The notes beneath the pieces are model-generated. The model ran no database searches. It was not told where the DNA came from and saw nothing but the letters and a program-made list of their open reading frames with translations. From NCBI GenBank assembly GCA_038087875.1, contig CM075994.1, forward strand, positions 248,001 to 312,000: a DNA stretch of 64,000 nt, written 5' to 3'. The position numbers and the translations under genes are program-made. Every line of letters begins with the position of its first letter. Positions within the stretch are counted from its first letter, which is position 1. This DNA is from Malacoraja senta (Eukaryota). Below, piece after piece: positions 61,226 to 64,000 of the stretch.

Positions 61226-64000
61226 TGGACACACCATTGCCAGATTTTGTTGACCAAATTGTCACATATCGATTTTATTCCGCCCATATGGTTAATATAG
61301 GCCACCACCGTGGTATTATCAATTTGTAAACGAACATGCAAATGGTGCATATCCGTAGAATATGCTTTTAAACCATAAAACGCACCCAACATTTCCAAGT
61401 AATTTATGCCCAGTGTTTGTAGTAAAGATGATTCTAGGTTAGTCCATCTACCACCTGTGCTGGATATGGTATTAGTTGCTCCCCAGCCTTGAGCACTGGC
61501 ATCTGTTTGTATAATTAATGTTGGGTTATTGATGATGATAGGGCTGGAACTATGCCAAATGTGTTCCATCCACCATTGTAACTCTGATATTGCTTCAATG
61601 GGTAATTTCATGGTTCGGTCAAAGTGACCTGCATGTTGTTTCAACGGCTATACGTTTGCCCTTTGTAGGTTCTGATAGTGCCGGGGTCCAAATTGTGTAG
61701 CTGGAAATGCTGCTACCATTTTGCCAATTACTCTTGCCACTTGTCGGATGGTTGGTCGATTGCTAACCATTAAATTGTTGCACGTCTGTGCCAATTCGGC
61801 TGCTTTACCTTTTGGCAACGTTACAGACATGTGGACTGAGTTAATTGTGAATCCCAGATAGTCCATAGTTGTGGATGGCGTCAACTTAGATTTATCTGGA
61901 TGTATGACAAATCCCAGGGTTTCAAACAATTGTTTGGTAGCTAATACAGCTGATTTTTACTCCATGGTGTTGCCTACTATTAGGATATCATCAACGTATG
62001 CCATGACAATATGTCTTTGTTTTCTTAATGTTGCCAAGGCTGGTTTTAATATCTTGGTAAATAGTCTAGGGGCTGATGTTAACCCATTAGGCAACGCTTT
62101 ATACTGCCATAGTTGCCCCATCCAGGTAAATTTCAGGTATCTGCGATGACCCTTATGAATGGGTACTGAATAGTAGGCATCTTTTAAATCAATGCTTGCC
62201 ATAAAGTATCCTTTGGAAATCAGTTGTTTGGCAGTTACAAATGTTTCCATTTTGAAATGTGCATACTTAACAAAGGTATTTAGTGAGGTTAAGTCAATGA
62301 TGATGCGACATCCACCATCTTTTTTGGTTTTGGTAAATATATTTGAGACAAATTCCAAAGGTTCATGTTTGGATTTCTCAATGACACCCTTTGTAAGAAA
62401 CCTCACCAGTTCTGCTTGAGCCTCTAGTTCTTCTTTAACTGAGAGGGTAAAGACCCTTTGGGGTACGTGCTGAACTGGTGGCATGTTTTCTTGAATGAAC
62501 TCTATTTTGTATCCCCGAATACTGTTAAGTATATAACTATCATTCGTGAGAGACCTCCATGCTTCAATGAACAGGTGTAATCTCCCCCCTGTTAGTACAG
62601 TCCCCCCACTTTTTATATGCTGTTAGGAACCAGACCCACTTACCTCCATAGTTATGGGAGTGTTCATTGCTTCTGTTTCTTCATCCGCCGTTGTACTGCT
62701 GGATGTCCTGTTGGTTGGGGGTGGCGCATTTTCCATGGGGTCCGCTCTGGGCCCTGGCCTAAAAAAGGCTTTCGGGGATGGAATGCGGACCCCGAGCTTT
62801 CACCAGTCCTGAATGTTTGTTGTCGACTGGTGGACGCGGTGGGGTACTGCCATCTGGGTTGTGTGGGTCTGCTCGTTCCGGGGCCTGCCCTCATGAGGCC
62901 AAATGCTTTGGCCTCTTCCTCCAGGTCTTTTACTTGTTTTGTTAAGTCTTTCCCGAATAACAGGATCTGTGGCTCTGAGGCCGGTGTTTTACACAGTCCT
63001 GCATACCTGGGATTGAGGGCAGGTCTGATTATCTCCTTGCGGAGGTTGTTGATCTCGTATTGGGTGTTGCACAGCAGAGCCAGAGTGTCTTGCTGGTTTG
63101 TGGTCATATCCAACCCATCCACGGAACGAGCATAGGATGTTATCCCTGTTGTCAGGAGCTTGAGGATGCATTGTAATTTTAGCTCCTGGCTCCGGATACT
63201 CTGTCCAACATACGCCCAGATTTGGCTGTTAACGGCCGGTACATTAAGCGAACTGCAGTTCTCCGGAGGCGAGTAGATTTCTAATGCCTCATTAAGTACC
63301 TGATCTTGTAGGGGTTTGAGGAACAGGTGGTTAATGCTGGCCGCCAGTTTTGTCTCCAATGGCCGCCCTGCTCGTGGTATAGCCACGTAGCGATTCACCA
63401 CACCCAGCAGCTCTTCCTGGTCCTGTACCCCAAGCGTACTCCCGATATCTTCAGCCAATCACCCCTGTTCCTGACCAGCCCAGTCCTGGTCGCCAATGCT
63501 GCCCTCGGCTGAGGGGGAAGCAATGGCCAGTGCATTGTAAGGCATTGCTGTGGGAGTGCCTGAACCCCCTTTGCGAGACTGCTCCAGCTCCCGAAGCAAG
63601 TCTCGCTGGAGCAGTTGCTCCATGAGCCTTTCAATTCGGCTCAGGCGGCTACCCCTTCTGCTCTCAGGCGGAGCCTTCTCATCGGAGTCAGACATAACCG
63701 GCCGGTCTGTTTTTTGTCTTGATTTGCCTCCAGCCCGCTGCTGCTCCTCAGGCTGCGCTAGCGGTACTGGGCTCGGCTCGGTCTCGATGAGGGTGGACCG
63801 CAGCATGTGCGGTTCAGGTGCCGCCTCTCGCCCCCCACTGATGGGACCCTCCGGTTCTGTTGAAGTCGAACGGGCGGCGGTTTTCTTTGCTTGCCGTGCT
63901 TTACTCATTTTCCCAGTTTTACCTGGAATTACAGAGCAGAGGAAGCTTGCTATTACGACCTCAGAGTAAGTACTTACCTGATGGTCCGCTTTTTAAACTT
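61226..64000 (-). mobile_element. Younger DIRS-type retrotransposon: gag, RT, RNase H; 3'-truncated, 5' end beyond the window
   Basis: Gag-like 63908-62664 with one in-frame stop. RT (HFKMET, IDLKDAY, LPNGL..APR.FTK, YVDD) and RNase H (TDASAQGWGA, INYLEM, IDNTTVVAYINHMGG) in one frame with in-frame stops. Confidence 0.92.

Overview
Repeat-dense vertebrate genomic DNA, most likely from an elasmobranch (skate or ray). This is inferred from abundant tRNA-derived V-SINEs of HE1 type sharing tails with CR1 LINEs, plus Penelope, Rex1/Babar, L2, L1/Tx1, DIRS, Tc1, hAT and Harbinger elements. The one recognisable host gene is on the minus strand (~5.2-20.6 kb): signal-peptide exon, disulfide-less V-set Ig exon, C2-type Ig exon and transmembrane exon (CD2/SLAM/CEACAM/HEPACAM-like). 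It has a Cys-to-Tyr change and a phase mismatch at the TM exon. Highlights: (1) a nearly intact full-length L2-group LINE (51660-56418) whose CpG-rich leader contains the N-terminal coding sequence of exocyst subunit EXOC6B/EXOC6; (2) minimal hammerhead-ribozyme motifs in Penelope terminal repeats, many as short palindromes; (3) a 5.7-kb TAG...CTA DNA transposon with a 7-bp TSD and a spliced, decayed THAP domain; (4) a DIRS element with recognisable ICR and a coding minisatellite; (5) a Harbinger-type MITE with telomeric repeats in its arms. All calls were made by eye with no database searches. Repeat boundaries are approximate unless a TSD or TIR is quoted.
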